From NCBI GenBank assembly GCA_024704765.1, contig JAKMXF010000015.1, positions 1 through 64,000 of the forward strand: a stretch of DNA of 64,000 nt. The letters run 5' to 3'. Every line of letters starts with the position of its first letter. The first letter of the stretch is position 1. A model generated the notes under the pieces. It saw only the letters and a program-made list of their open reading frames with translations. It made no database searches and was not told the DNA's origin. The position numbers and the translations under genes are program-made. This DNA comes from Oopsacas minuta (Eukaryota; Animalia; Porifera). Of this stretch, positions 10,215 to 23,090 are shown piece after piece.

Positions 10215-13200
10215 ATGGCAACATCTTCAGCAGGCACTGGGACACTGAAAGGTGAGTAATTGACTCTATATTTGTACAATAGAATACGATATTTAGCATT
10301 TATTACAAAATAGCAAGCAAGCTTAGTTTACTATGCGGCTGGCGAACCCTCCGCTGAAGGGACCATATGGATTCGTCTTGTATTCATATTGATTTACTAT
10401 TGTACATACATTCACTACATACATATCGCCCTGGATTAAATAACTAAAATTACGGTTCCATGCAACACTCTACTAGCTCATTAGGAATATTTAGCATAGT
10501 TATGTTTATTCGAGGTGCATTTTAATAATATTACAAGTTGGAAACATTATGTAATTATTTGCATTCAGATTAAACTAAAATTGGCCATAAAATTATTAAT
10601 TTCTGATTAAGTTTACTAATTCATTGAAAAATCGTCAAGAAAATTCTTTTTGAAGAGTTGACTAATTTATGTGTTTATATAATTCATAATGATATTGAAT
10701 AATATATGCCAGTGTCGCGAATTCTGAACCACTAGGGGACTAGAGAAACTGTTCGTAATATAGAGAATTCATATTTATCAACTCGACTTAATACAAATCC
10801 TATTTATCTCATGTTTAAGAGAATACATAATTGTTCACACTGTTGCAAGTACCTTATTTTCAATGCATAATTTCTTCATTTTCGCATTGATTCATCTTAG
10901 GGTCCATTATTTCTGAATTATGAGGTTTTCTTCATTTTAATGCATTATTCTTCTATTTGTTTTATGGAAAACAACTAATTATTCCCTAAAGTGTTTATAT
11001 TTGAATATGCACACTTTAATAAGAATAAATAATATCTAATTCAAAATAATTATCTCATCGGAATAACGTAATTTGTACCTTTAAAGCTATTTAGATTATC
11101 AAATCCGATTTGTATCTGTGTGTATGTTAAAACTCTGTATCAAATATTCTATGTTGAATTCAATCTCGCATTTCCGAAGTCTAAATACAAACATGTACGT
11201 AGCACATTTAAATTCAAAGAAATTCGATAAAAGTTGTTAAAATATATCACAGAAGTATATTCATATGGTGAAATCAAGGTTGTTATGTTTATATTTGTTG
11301 CGAATTCATTCATAGATTTTGCGATGTTCACAATCCTCAATTAATTCTAGGCACAAAGTGCAGAGAAATATTTCTCTTACAAGGATAATAGTAATAATTA
11401 TATTTTCAATGCCTTTAGTTATACCTGTACGTAGAGTTTCATTTGGCGGGGGACCCTAAATTTGGGGGGAACCGTCCAAATACAAAAGTCTTTCAAAACA
11501 TTTGGGGAAGTCTCTCCAAATTTGGTGGGCCTCCTCCAAACATATCTTTTTAACTATATTCATTTTATTTAAGTAATTTGAGGTGAAATCTCTTCAAATA
11601 TTTTTGAGAATAATATGGGTTTGTAACGCAATATTCAAAATGTGTGATATTCAAAAGCATGCTAGAGATTAGCGTTCAACATGCCGTCACAGCACAGGTA
11701 GGTCCGCATTGAGAAATTCACAGATTTTTCATATGAGTAATCATGTTTTGGCGCCTTTAGGCTTATACATAGCATGGCTTATACTAGAAATATATATTAA
11801 TATATTAACGACTAATCATTATTCATTGGGTAGAAGCATGACTCAGAGGCCCCACCCTGAAATTATCGCTATATCCATTATCTACTCTAGTAACATTTTC
11901 ATTGACAGAAAGTCCTTTGTTGAATGGTATTGAGCTACAAACCCATATTCTTTTCAAAAAAATAAAGATTTTGGGAGACTTCCCAAGTGCAGATTCAAAA
12001 ATGAAAATGAGAGGGGGTCTCCCCAAAGGGGTTCAAATATTTTTGTATTTGGAGGAGTCCCCTCAAAAAAACCTTCATATCGAGTATCATATCTACATTA
12101 CTTTGTCGAAAAATTCACTTTTGGAGGGAGGGTATCGCATTTTTGTAGGCCAGCAAAGGCAACACTGACTGTTTGATGCAATGGTTTATTAAATAATTAA
12201 TTGTAATAATTGATTATGTCGAAATAAGTTTATTTATATGAATTAAATAACAAATACAGTGCAACCTCTATATGTGGGGTCTCTATAATGGGGAACCTCG
12301 ATAAGCGGTGCAATTTTGGTCTACCTTCATTTATTTACATAGAAACGAACCTCTATAAGCGGGGAATTCTACGAAAATTTTCTGGGATAATCAATTTTTG
12401 TTCTAAATTTGTGATGAAACACATATTTACGTATTTATCGCTATGATGAATTGAAATTTTTGGGTTTCTCAGAAAAAATTTCTTACAAATGTTCATATTC
12501 AACCAACACCTTTGGGCATATTATAATAATCAAATTTTGTTGAAATGCCAGTCGTTAGATGAAGTGGCTTTACCTTTGACTCAAATATGTCTCGTTCGAG
12601 GACATTTACATTTGAGATTATAAATGGGGAATGAGGGGTTATCTGGAGATTCGCCGACCCGACCTCCCCCTCTTATAGAGGTTCTACTGTACACAGCAAT
12701 TTGTATCATAAATTCATTTTCTAGGCTCAGAATTTGCGGGTAAATTAGACCAAGATGCGTTTCTCTATTCTAAAGTATTCCATAAGATTGATGAAAATAA
12801 ATCTGGAGTAATGCCAGATATTGTTAAGAGATTGGCTAGTACACAATCCTTCACATTCAAACTTCCTATTAAAAAAGCTAAAGACTTAACAACTATCCAG
12901 AATATCAGTACATTAAAGGAAGGCTTACAAACTGCTGTAGAATTAGAGATGACTGTCATGTTTGAATACCTTTTTGCATGTTTTAGCGTTATAAATAACT
13001 CGGATGAAGTTAACAATGAGCCCGGAGCCCTCAAGGATATGTCACCATATTTATCTGAACTAAGGCGAGAATATAAGAACCAATTCATGATAATCTGTAT
13101 TCAAGAGATGCAACACATGAGCATGGCCATAGATATGCTAATTTCAATTGGTGGCATGCCAAACTTACAGAAAGTTAGCTTTCCATCTGAAATAGGTGTA

Positions 13201-15720
13201 AGGGATGCGAAATCAGATTTAATAAGACTAAACCTTCAATCATTATTCATGTTTGCAAAGAATGAGGAACCTTACCCTGATTCAAAAACAACTGCTGATA
13301 TAATACCAGAAATACCATTGACTCCAGCTACTGATGTCGACGGATTTCAATACTATAGTATTGCACAGCTGTATGATGCCCTCGCTGACGGATTTCGTTA
13401 TGTCCATGCACAAATCGGTGATTCAATGTTTCTAATCAATCCGCTAATGACAAATATGAGCCAAACTTATACATCCCTGCCTAAGGTCCTAGAAGATATA
13501 GACATCATTCAAACAGAAGGCGAAGGTGCTAAAGGTGGAAAACTATTTACTACTATTATAAGTGACATTTTGGTGTGGATTTCAAATTTCGCTTTAGTTG
13601 ATGGAACTCCTGAGAATCAGTTACGAAATGAAATTATCAAGCTATCCAATGCTATCTTATCAGACCTGGACGATTTGACAAAATTGCTTCCTAATATTCT
13701 GGAATTAATACAGTTAATTGAGGAATTTCGAGAGATTGAGGATATTAAGCTTCCATTTGATTCACCCATCTTTATTACGTTGAAATCTATTCAGCCATCA
13801 CACTGGGGAAGGTTTTTAATGATGATAACAAATTATTTGATGTTAATGGATGAAACATTGCAAGTGGAAAACGAGAATAAAATTTCGGCAAATTTTTCCC
13901 GGCCTTCAAATCCACGACCTGATGCTGGCGGCTACCATCCTATCACACAAGTAATTGTTGATATGACCAATACATCATATCATCTATTACTCAAAATACT
14001 TGAAGGAGTTATCATCTCAGTGCCTGATGAACTGAACGCTACCTACGATATAAGTGAACGATATAATAACATAAAATTCTATCCTATAATGTCCATCCTA
14101 ATATATCCATTAGGCGAAATTTTAAGTTATTTCCAACTAAACAAAGTAGGCGTAGATGAAACAGCAGGATTCCCATTCGTTCCTAATACCGATGAACCAC
14201 TTATTACCACACCTCTTGAGAAGTTCTTTGATGTTATTTTAACATTGAAAAACCTATATAATCAAAGCCTGAAGCTGAATCAGGCATTCTTTGACAGCTT
14301 AAAAGATTGTGTAGGGACTTGGGTCAAGGATGCTAATAAACAAAAAGCCATTGTTGATCGTGTTTCATATATACTCGAAAAGATTATAACTAGTATTAGG
14401 GTGCTCTATCTAGGATTTTCAAACGGTATTCCACTTCCAACTCCTGCTTCTGGTACTACTATTACCGCTAAAGCAAAACCTAAAGCTAAAGCAAAACCTA
14501 AAGCTAAAGCAGCAAAACCTTCCAAACCCATTAGAGACAAATTTTATCTTAATGTTGAGTACGACGGATACGTTATATACAGTATGGCAACCGACAACGA
14601 TCCAACATTTGAAACCAGAGGGTTTAATGGTAATCAATTCATGTTCGAATACAATAATGATCCTGATTTCACGGATGAATTTCACACACAAAATACACTC
14701 AAACAAGGTGACAAGCCTTTTACAAGAGACTTTATCCCCGAGAACTTCTATAAGGGCGTAAAGGTAACTTCTGCTAATTTAGTTCCTCCTTCATATTTGA
14801 CTGCAGAAGAGTTACATAACTTAAATTTTGAAGAGCTACAACTGGCAATTAGAGATGATTTCATTAAAAACCCGACTGATTTCCGTTTTGATTCTATGAC
14901 CACGAATGACGTGAAATCTTACCCCAAATTTAGCCAATTAAATTATGCTCTAACTAGGCAAATTGGAATAGATCCAATCAATGTTGGATTCGACACGAAA
15001 AGTTTCACTATCTCAAGGGCGAATCTATTATACGATGAGAATATGAACGTTGTGGATTACGAAACGGCTTGTTTAACCGTTAGTCAAAACTTTGGTAAAT
15101 ATCCTGAAGCTGCAAACGATCGCATGCCTAAGAGTGGTGGATATCTTGATTGGGCTAATCCATTTTATGTAAATAATGGGCTATTAGCTAATACTAATCG
15201 GATTAATTCGAAAACTGGCACAGGGCAATGCCTCGCTGATCTTCTTAATAAATACGAGAAAAGGGGAGAAGCAATAATGAAAGAGATCAATCCGATTATT
15301 GCAAACCATCCTAACGATCCATTAGTACAATTAATTCCTACTTTCCTAAAATATTATCCTGAATCAAAGTTGATTTGTATTGCACTAATGGTCAATATCC
15401 CGGATCCTGCTGTTAAGAATAAATTGTCCTATCTCTGTACTAGATACTTAAACGTTGTAGCATTGATTGCAGCTGGAGGTATAGCTGGTAGCCGTCAGTG
15501 TTTTTATCATGTACCATTAAATGGTCCAAAGGAAGAAGACAAAGCAAACCACCTGGTAGCAATCAACAGAGCCACAGGACCATTGTCTGCTATTGAATTT
15601 GATAAAAATCAAGAATGGTCTGCTGACTTTTGGGTTGGAGGAGTGGATTATGATGCGCTCACATTTTACCTATCAGGAAGCTTAATGATCCCAGTCTATT
15701 TGAATCCACCAAGCCCGTAG
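10215..15720 (+). CDS. Two-exon 1010-aa gene, join(10215..10251,12725..15720): bacterial-type ferritin-like domain (PF12902, VioB/RebD/StaD-related) + K/A/P linker + uncharacterised C-terminal domain
   Basis: Motifs LQTAVELEMTVMFEYLFACFS, IQEMQHMSMAIDMLISIGGMP, FAKNEEP, YSIAQLYDAL, IQTEGEG, SHWGRF, TAGFPF. Exon 1 MATSSAGTGTLK-G ends AAAG|GTGAGT (phase 1); acceptor TTTTCTAG|GC at 12724 is also phase 1 and opens a stop-free frame into the 969-aa ORF. Confidence 0.8.
11445..12150. mobile_element. Foldback/MITE-like element with G/C-run-rich subterminal inverted repeats, inside the intron of the ferritin-like gene
   Basis: TCCAAATACAAAA pairs with TTTTGTATTTGGA; GGGGAAGTCTCTCCAAA pairs with TTTGGGAGACTTCCCA; boundaries approximate. 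Confidence 0.5.
12257..12689. mobile_element. pogo/Tigger-type MITE in the intron of the ferritin-like gene
   Basis: TA|CAGTGCAACCTCTATA ... TATAGAGGTTCTACTG|TA. Confidence 0.8.
14467..14520 (+). repeat. 18-nt coding tandem repeat (AKAKPK)n linker
   Basis: GCTAAAGCAAAACCTAAA twice plus a variant third unit. Confidence 0.9.
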
Positions 15721-16055
15721 TATTTGGAATGGTCATACTAGTGCTCTTCCTCTTTAGATGTGTGTTAATATGTGTGTTTACTCGTAGTTCTTCTTTTCTA
15801 ACAATTTTAGATTTGTTTTATCCCCAAACATTTGCTATAAATATTTATAGCTATTTAGTGTGTATTATGTATATATCCTATTACCTTTAGATTTCATGCA
15901 TCTTCTTGCTAAAGTTTTGAAATATTTTTATTGTGTATTTTGTTGATTTGATGAGAAGGTAATTTATTATTTCTTAGTATGAATTGAAATCTGTCTAATA
16001 AGTATATTACAATGGAACCCGCTTAACCTGAACTACCGAAAAGCCATGACTATCA

Positions 16056-16230
16056 TACTTAAATCTTTTGCAACATCTTCTAACTATTTTCCTGAATATT
16101 TTATCCCGAAATCTATGGATTTCTAATTTTAAATGAAAAAAATTATTCCCTAATCTAGCAGAAATTTCCCAAAAGTAGCCAATACTTTCCCTGGATTTTG
16201 TAATTTTCCCATGGGTAGTTGACAATTGTG
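16056..16230. mobile_element. Degenerate member of the CATAC-TIR MITE family
   Basis: Starts CATACTT and ends GTAGTTGACAATTGTG; internal TTCCCTGGATTT motifs shared with the 22226 and 62234 copies. Confidence 0.3.
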
Positions 16231-19016
16231 GGATACGCGCCGGGTGTAGCACTCCACGAATTTGAAAACAACATTATTAAATAGACTTGAATAAAGTCGA
16301 AGGTATCATCTTCACGAAAGAAACTGCGTCGATGCCCTTATTCAAGGAAATACAGTATATTCCAATTCTTCTAATTTATTTCGTATTATTATTATTGTAT
16401 GCTACTCGCCTTAAGAATTGTTTTACCATTGTTTCAAATTGTCATAGTGCCATGTGTTTGTATTGTGATACTAAAAGGGGTAATAGTCTAATACAACCTG
16501 TACTTGTGGTGGGGAACAATGTATTCAATCTTAGTGGCCTAATGTACGTATACATATTATCCAACCCTCGCGATTTCGTTCAATTATGCCGACTCACATA
16601 GCAAGTACCTTCGGGACCTATGTTACTTATTTAATGTCCCTATTTCACCCAATATAATTAAATCAAATTTTAAATTAAATACTCTCCGACCCTTTTATCG
16701 TAGATATTATCCCAAATTGGTTTTAATATGCGTCGCGAGCCTTCAATACCGAATTGATCTATTTTATTCCGATACTCTACGTATTATAGATTTCTCTCAA
16801 GGCCAAATAATCGCGAAAGTTGGTTGAGAGTCACTTCTTCACATCCCATATGCTTAGGGCATTTTTGTACTGAAATATACTGATCCTCAGAAATTCGAGT
16901 CTAAAGATCAACACTTTTAACCATTAATGCTCTGCTGAAATTGTACTATACATTGCCTGCCACGCACCTAAATACACCCTGTCCCGATATAGCCCTATTA
17001 AACTATTGTACTAAAAAAAGAGTCCCAAAGGGGAATATCTCACCCTAGGGCGAGATGTCCTGGGATAATTGACGAGAAATAATTTATCAACTAATTCGAT
17101 AGATATCCCTCTGTCACTGCCATTAACGCTTCAAAGCACGTAACCTCACAACAACCACAAGGCAGCCAAGAAGTCCGGGCCAACATAGACACTAATGCAA
17201 GCCAAAATTCCAAACAACAAATACTTATTCTTTCACTAATACGACAAAAATCCTTCCACTAAAATAGACTTTCTAATATTGAGTATATTTGTGAATACTT
17301 GAATAGATAAGGAATTATTTTGTAAAACTTGAGCAGATTCAGAATTTCACTTATTTTGAAGTTCTTTATAGACAGATATTTCGAAATATCCGAAATTTAC
17401 TGTATTCAGCAGTATCTTCAAAGAATTATACCTACTATCCTAGTGTATGTCTTCTTCTAATAGGGATATTACATATATGCATGGGAACTAAATTTGGTTA
17501 AAAAAGTAATACATGTAACAATGTCCTATATGTTGTAACTACAGTCCACCTATGGAACTAGATCCTATTAGTGAATTGTATATTTTGCCCGAGGAAAGAA
17601 TCGGAAATGCATGGAGAGCTTCGAGTAAATCATCTCTTTCTTAATTATTTTGTGATCTAATAAGTCAGAATAATTTCAATATAATACATATATATGCCAT
17701 AAACCTGACATACACATCTTCTCTAATTTCGTCTAAGAATTTATTAGCAAGTATGATTTAAGCTATCAGTTTAAGTTACATTTCAAATAACAACATTCCA
17801 GTCCTCCTCCTCAATATTTGATACTCTCACAATTCTGGAAAAAATGTATCTTTCAATGTGGATATTACTGAGGCTATCCGTAGCAAGGCATCATGTAACT
17901 AACAACTATTACTCCATTTTTGAAACATTGTGATAAAGTATAATGTTACTGCAGTTGTTGCACAATAATATTAATCTCTTAGTGACCCAATTAGACTAGA
18001 ATACTGTCCATAAGATTGATATTACCACCAGTAGATCTAATAGCACCAAGTACTAAATATTATAATTCAATGGGAATCTTACAGATCACTGATCTAATAG
18101 TGACAAAACATAATGTATTTATTTCAAAAATCAAGAAAAAATCATATTTTGATTTTTAGCGTGATTTTAATCATATTTTAAATCAAACAACTCTGATTAT
18201 TCTTATTCGGATAAGACATATACTATGATAGTACTTATTTAATTATGTTCCAAAAAGTGTACTTCTTATCAGAGTGCTACTGTATATCTTTTAGGTGCCT
18301 AACTTTCGTAGGCCTGGGGCACAGTACCTCTAGTGTCCTATGGATAATCCGGCCCTGTATCCGTGGGTAATTGTACACAGGGTCCGAGTACACAACAACT
18401 ACAAATATATATATACAATGGATGTGTAAATTTACAAACTAAGTTCTTAATAAAATTCCCTAAATAAGATAATAATAATAATTTCAGTTTGAGTTTGGGG
18501 ATTTATAGCTTGTTTTGTCTAGAAATATACTTGCGAGTTTGGACATCTTGACTATACTTGAACATGTCTCTCATATAATTGGGGAGTAACCAATTCAAAG
18601 ATTTATATACACCTAGAGCAATCTAGTGTTCTCAGTAACGATTTAGAGCTTACTCCAATATCTTTGATATTTAATATTATTCAAGCTGATCTCCTCTGTA
18701 GTTTTTCCAGTTTATCTATGCTCGAGCAACTACCCCATGCGGTTATTGAATATAATATGGTCAAAACAATTGTGTGTAATGAAATGTTTTCCTTGTTTCA
18801 GTTGGTAAATACTTTTTATCTTTAATAGAAGAGACAATTTACGGTTGATCACTGATAGAACTGATTCTATCTGTTGTTTCCAACTTTCCATAGTGGATTA
18901 TTATCAATAATTACGTAACCTATTATGCAAAGTTACGTTTTCAAAACTAACTTTTAGAAACGTTTGTAGGATCAGGGTGAGCGTTAGTTAGGATGATTTG
19001 GGAACAGTTCATTGTA

Positions 19017-19400
19017 CAGTGGAGTTCGCTTATTAGCAAGTCGGGTTTTGCATGAGAAAAACTTGTTAATATGCGAACTTGCTAATAGAGCAACTCCATC
19101 AATTGATAAATATTATTGTTGTATGTACACGTACATACGTGTATGTGATAATATAATATGTATAAGGATATTGTAGTACACGTGTGTGTGTGTATCGTAA
19201 AGAGTTCGAAGCTAATAAACGAACTAAAAGTTCTCTTATTAAGTTATTAGCAAGTCGTGTTTTTATGAGGAAACTTGCTTATAGGCGAACTTGCTAATAA
19301 GGGAACATAATAAATGCAATTTGGGCCATTGTGACCCTAAAAAACTTGCTAATAAGCGAATCTTGTTAATAAGGCAATTGCTAATAGACGAACTCTACTC
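19017..19400. mobile_element. pogo/Tigger-type MITE
   Basis: TA|CAGTGGAGTTCGCTTATTAGCAA ... TTGCTAATAGACGAACTCTACTC|TA, with repeated CTTGCTAATAAGCGAA subterminal motifs. Confidence 0.75.
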
Positions 19401-21018
19401 TATAACTATTTCTTTGAAAACCCAATAAGTTAGACAGTTGGTATTGCTAGATAAGAATTTGGTCAATCTGCCTAACCCCCTTACTTCCTTAATTATTAAA
19501 CGCGCGAACGAGCGTAGCGAGTATTGGTGCAAAGCGGAAATGAGCGCGATTGACACGCGAATTGCTGTCCCAAGTCTTCGTGCCTATTTAAGACTTGTAT
19601 TCAGACTAATCAAGGTTTCCCAGTAATTCCTACATAAAATAATTCGACCTAATCGACCACATATATGAAATCAATATTTTACAATTATATGATGTAAAAT
19701 ATTTAGCAATTATTTCAATACTGGGTCACAATATTAGCTTATTTTCGAGACTGTAAAAGGATTGAGAACCAAATAAATATACCGCTAAGATGGGCCTGTT
19801 ATGCGAGAGTGATGCAATTAATGATGCTTACCTATTTTCAAGCAATTCGTGTCATTAATAAATGTTAATTAATCACCACAGTAAAAGTTTGTACTTAAGT
19901 TTGAACTTTGTGCTTAAACCCTTATTGAATACGACTGCTGATCAGTGGGCAATTAGTTATCTTGGGGCACCGGCCCAGGCCAGTTGGATAGGAACCTAAA
20001 CCCCCTATATTACACCGAAAAGTATCCAGAAATATATCACTAAATATTTTTTTTTTCCCCAGGAAATGAAATTTATAATTTATGATTATATAAATATCAC
20101 TAAATGGTACTGTACGAAATTTGGTTTTTAATATTTGTTTGTAGACTGAAAATTTTGGTCCCAAATGTGAGTAGGTGAGGTCTCCATAAGAATCTTTTAC
20201 AACACATGGAGCCTCAGGGACAACAGCTGAGCGGTCGAGATACTCTTGTGAACAACAAGAACAACCATAACTACAACTCTGGAGCTAGACCGAGAACATT
20301 GTGACTTGTGAGTAGGGGAGGTTAAGATATTGACTAATTATTCTTCCATCGGGCGTGAAAACCCAAACGGCTGAAATATTTTCTCTATTATAAATTATTT
20401 CTGAAACATTCCTTTATGAGTTTATGTCGCCCTCTCATAACTTGACATCCCACAATTTAGAAAATGTGATTTACTGATGTCATCATAAAGAAAGTTATAC
20501 ATATATTTGATAGTCGTATACCAGTTAACTGTCTAGCCATTGAAATTTTGCTTACATCCATTTTTTGAGAAATTATTTTTCTAGGGTATAATATTACTGA
20601 AGTTGTTTTCAATATACAATCTAGATCTCTCAAAGAGCACCCGATTAATCAGAGAATTCTATCCATAATAATATAACTATAGCAAATACTGATTATATTG
20701 TCTCCAGTTAATTTTGTCATAATTATCTGAGTTGTTTTTTAAGGCAGTGCATAACTAAAATAACTTATTTTTCCCTTGAATTGAATGTAGCCCCCTCGAA
20801 TAATCGAAACAATTGAATAATCGTCCCTCTTGAATGATACTTGCATCGTGTACATACACCCAAGTTACCAGCCTAATTCTGGTTCGACCATCATTTGTAG
20901 CAATATCTTGTATTACGAAATTTTATATATTCGAATTATTCTTGTAAGACTACTAAATGGAATGAATTATCGTCACCACATTTGATAGTTAATTAGGGGT
21001 TTAATCGTAGCAACATAT

Positions 21019-21142
21019 AGGTCTGTTCAAACGTTACGTAACGCACAATTACCTAAATTTTGACACCCCCCCTCCCCTACCTGTCACACTTTGAATACCA
21101 CCCCCTCCCTTAGTAGTGTTGAGGAACGATTGAACGGTCCCT
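21019..21142. mobile_element. Short MITE, PIF/Harbinger-like termini
   Basis: AGGTCTGTTCAAACGTTACGTAACGC ... CGATTGAACGGTCCCT imperfect TIRs; internal C-runs. Confidence 0.45.
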
Positions 21143-21449
21143 ACGTTGTTGTTAAATAAGTATGTAGTAAAATATGTTTGCTAAGAATAAAGATTCATTC
21201 ATTAATTCTTCAGTATTTGTACATAATGTAGCAGAAGCGGAAGGGGGGCAAGGAGCCTGCCCCCCTTGGGATATCATGTTATATAGGTAGCTCAGGTTTA
21301 TCTATTCTTTTGAATATATTTACATTGAATCAAGAAATATTATGACTGTAGTTTGGACTTCTGGCTGTTCTTATATTTTTAATGGACAAAATTATATTTT
21401 TGAAAATTGGATAGACTTTGTTACTCTATAGTTTCATCCATATTCGTAC

Positions 21450-21848
21450 AGGCTTGCTCTAAACAGCTACCTAGGGATAACTAAGTACGCCGAATCCGAA
21501 TTTCGCATTTTCAAGTTTCTCAAATGTAATATATTATTGTTTTTATGAATATAAAGTAAACAAATTTCAAAATTGAGGTAGAATCATACTTTCAACGACT
21601 ATACTCGGGTAATCGAGTATGCTGAGTCCGAATATGGTATTGTAAACAACATCTATATTATTAAATCTCAATTGTTGTTTGTCTGTTTGTTTGTCCGTTG
21701 ATATGTAAATATATTGTTGTTTTATGAATAGGCTTGCTCTAAACGGCTACACAGGGGTAACACAATAAGTTGAATCCGAATTTCGCATTTTGAAGTTTCT
21801 CACATGTAAATTTATTGTTGTTTTTATGAATATAAAGTAAATAAATTA
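21450..21848 (+). repeat. About 120-bp direct repeat (period about 280 bp) of a dispersed repeat family
   Basis: AGGCTTGCTCTAAAC..GAATCCGAATTTCGCATTTT.AAGTTTCTCA.ATGTAA at 21450 and 21730; related AATCCGATTTC motifs near 28250 and 37410. Confidence 0.75.
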
Positions 21849-22225
21849 GCAAAATCTCAAAGTTTACGTAGATACTTGCTCTCAACAGTTACAAAGGGGT
21901 TGATCTTACAAAATAATTCAATAATATATTTGCCATATACGTATATTTGTGAATTACATTTTCTAAATATATTCAAAAGGGCCGTAAATTTGGAGAATAA
22001 TGGATACCTCGAGGCGCAATGCGCCGAGTTTATCGCGAAGCGACGAGCCTTTAGCTCGTATTTTATAATTCGAATTATCAACCCAATATTATGTTAGGTT
22101 CATATTATTCATAGAAAATATTATCATTACTTGTCTATAATTTGCAACAAACCGTAAAAACGGTGTAATGACCAGAATATGGAGAGTAATAGGTTGGAGT
22201 CTATGCTATAGTTACATAGGTTGTG

Positions 22226-22420
22226 CATACTTACCAATCCCTTATAACTGTTTCCCTGGATACTGTCTCGAAATCCCTGGATTTTCTAAAACTTCCCTGG
22301 ATTTCAAATTTTCTATACAAAAAATATGATTTTTCCCTCTTTTATGAGAAAAAAAAGCCCCAAATATCCAATTTTCATCTGGGCCATAGGTCAAATCCAG
22401 GGATCTCTGGATGGTTGTGG
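22226..22420. mobile_element. CATAC-TIR MITE, right end damaged
   Basis: Starts CATACTTACCAA; body aligns with the reverse complement of 62234-62403. Confidence 0.65.
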
Positions 22421-22725
22421 GATTGTGTGTATAGTTTATTGCCACTAATACATTTAGTCTGCCTACAGTGTACCATTTGATACTATAGGAATATTAAGAT
22501 TCCCTTTATACATTGATTGCAATATATCTCTGTTTCTGGTCTAATATTCCAATGGACTCATTGCCTTAGTATATAGAATGCTATGGATAAGCCAAATGGG
22601 CCAATAGACTCCCATGTACAAATTCCCCTTCAATGGTAGTACATATATATATTGCCTGTCTAACTTCAGGTGTTTATGAATTTTAGCAATGCACCACATA
22701 TATACGTATGAAAAAGTGTGACAAC

Positions 22726-22861
22726 CATAGGCGTAGCTAGATGGTTGCTGGCAACCCCGGAGCTACTGCCGGCAACCCCTGGATTATTGGGGATATACGC
22801 AATCTCTATCTTATTGGGGTTGCTAGCAACCCCAAAAGAGGAAAAGCTAGCCACGCTTCTG
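22726..22861. mobile_element. hAT-type MITE (136 bp)
   Basis: CATAGGCGTAGCTAG ... CTAGCCACGCTTCTG with 8-bp flanks GTGACAAC / GTGATAAC; internal GGCAACCCC repeats. Confidence 0.75.
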
Positions 22862-22869
22862 GTGATAAC

Positions 22870-23090
22870 CACAAAACTCAAAACCAGAAATTTTAGAATT
22901 GTGTCACTATGTGCAATACACTCCCCATATACAACTTCCTATTCAACTATAATACATTTTATAACAAAATACTGAATAGTTTTAAAGATAACCATAGTTT
23001 GATAGCCCGAATTGGAGAGTCAACGAAATTTGATAAATCATTTGAGTGACAGTTGGGACGGTTTATTCTAAGCGTCTTAGTACAGAGAAA
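22870..23090. repeat. Dispersed repeat, inverted copy at about 57240-57465
   Basis: CATATACAACTTCCTAT, GAATTGGAGAGTC and TTCTAAGCGTCTTAGTACA recur reverse-complemented at 57240-57465. Confidence 0.75.

Noticed and set aside
14467-14520. AKAKPK repeat as evidence of a histone H1 gene
   Set aside because: Only about 18 residues inside a larger ORF with no winged-helix globular domain; best read as a linker
12765-14761. Antisense and alternative-frame ORFs overlapping the ferritin-like gene (12765-13088, 14419-14706, 14552-14761)
   Set aside because: Shadows of a long coding frame; no recognisable motifs
10215-15720. Bacterial contig misassembled into the host scaffold
   Set aside because: Phase-matched GT-AG intron with host MITEs, host-like AT content, no operon neighbours and a decayed local duplicate argue for true integration; read-level confirmation is still needed
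17400-18120. Coding-like minus-strand stretch
   Set aside because: No frame stays open and no family could be recognised
19017-19400. Regularly repeated CTTGCTAATAAGCGAA motifs (also ATTACGGCCA at 26290-26345) resembling a CRISPR array
   Set aside because: Irregular spacing and both orientations inside TIR-bounded elements; these are transposon subterminal repeats in a eukaryotic context
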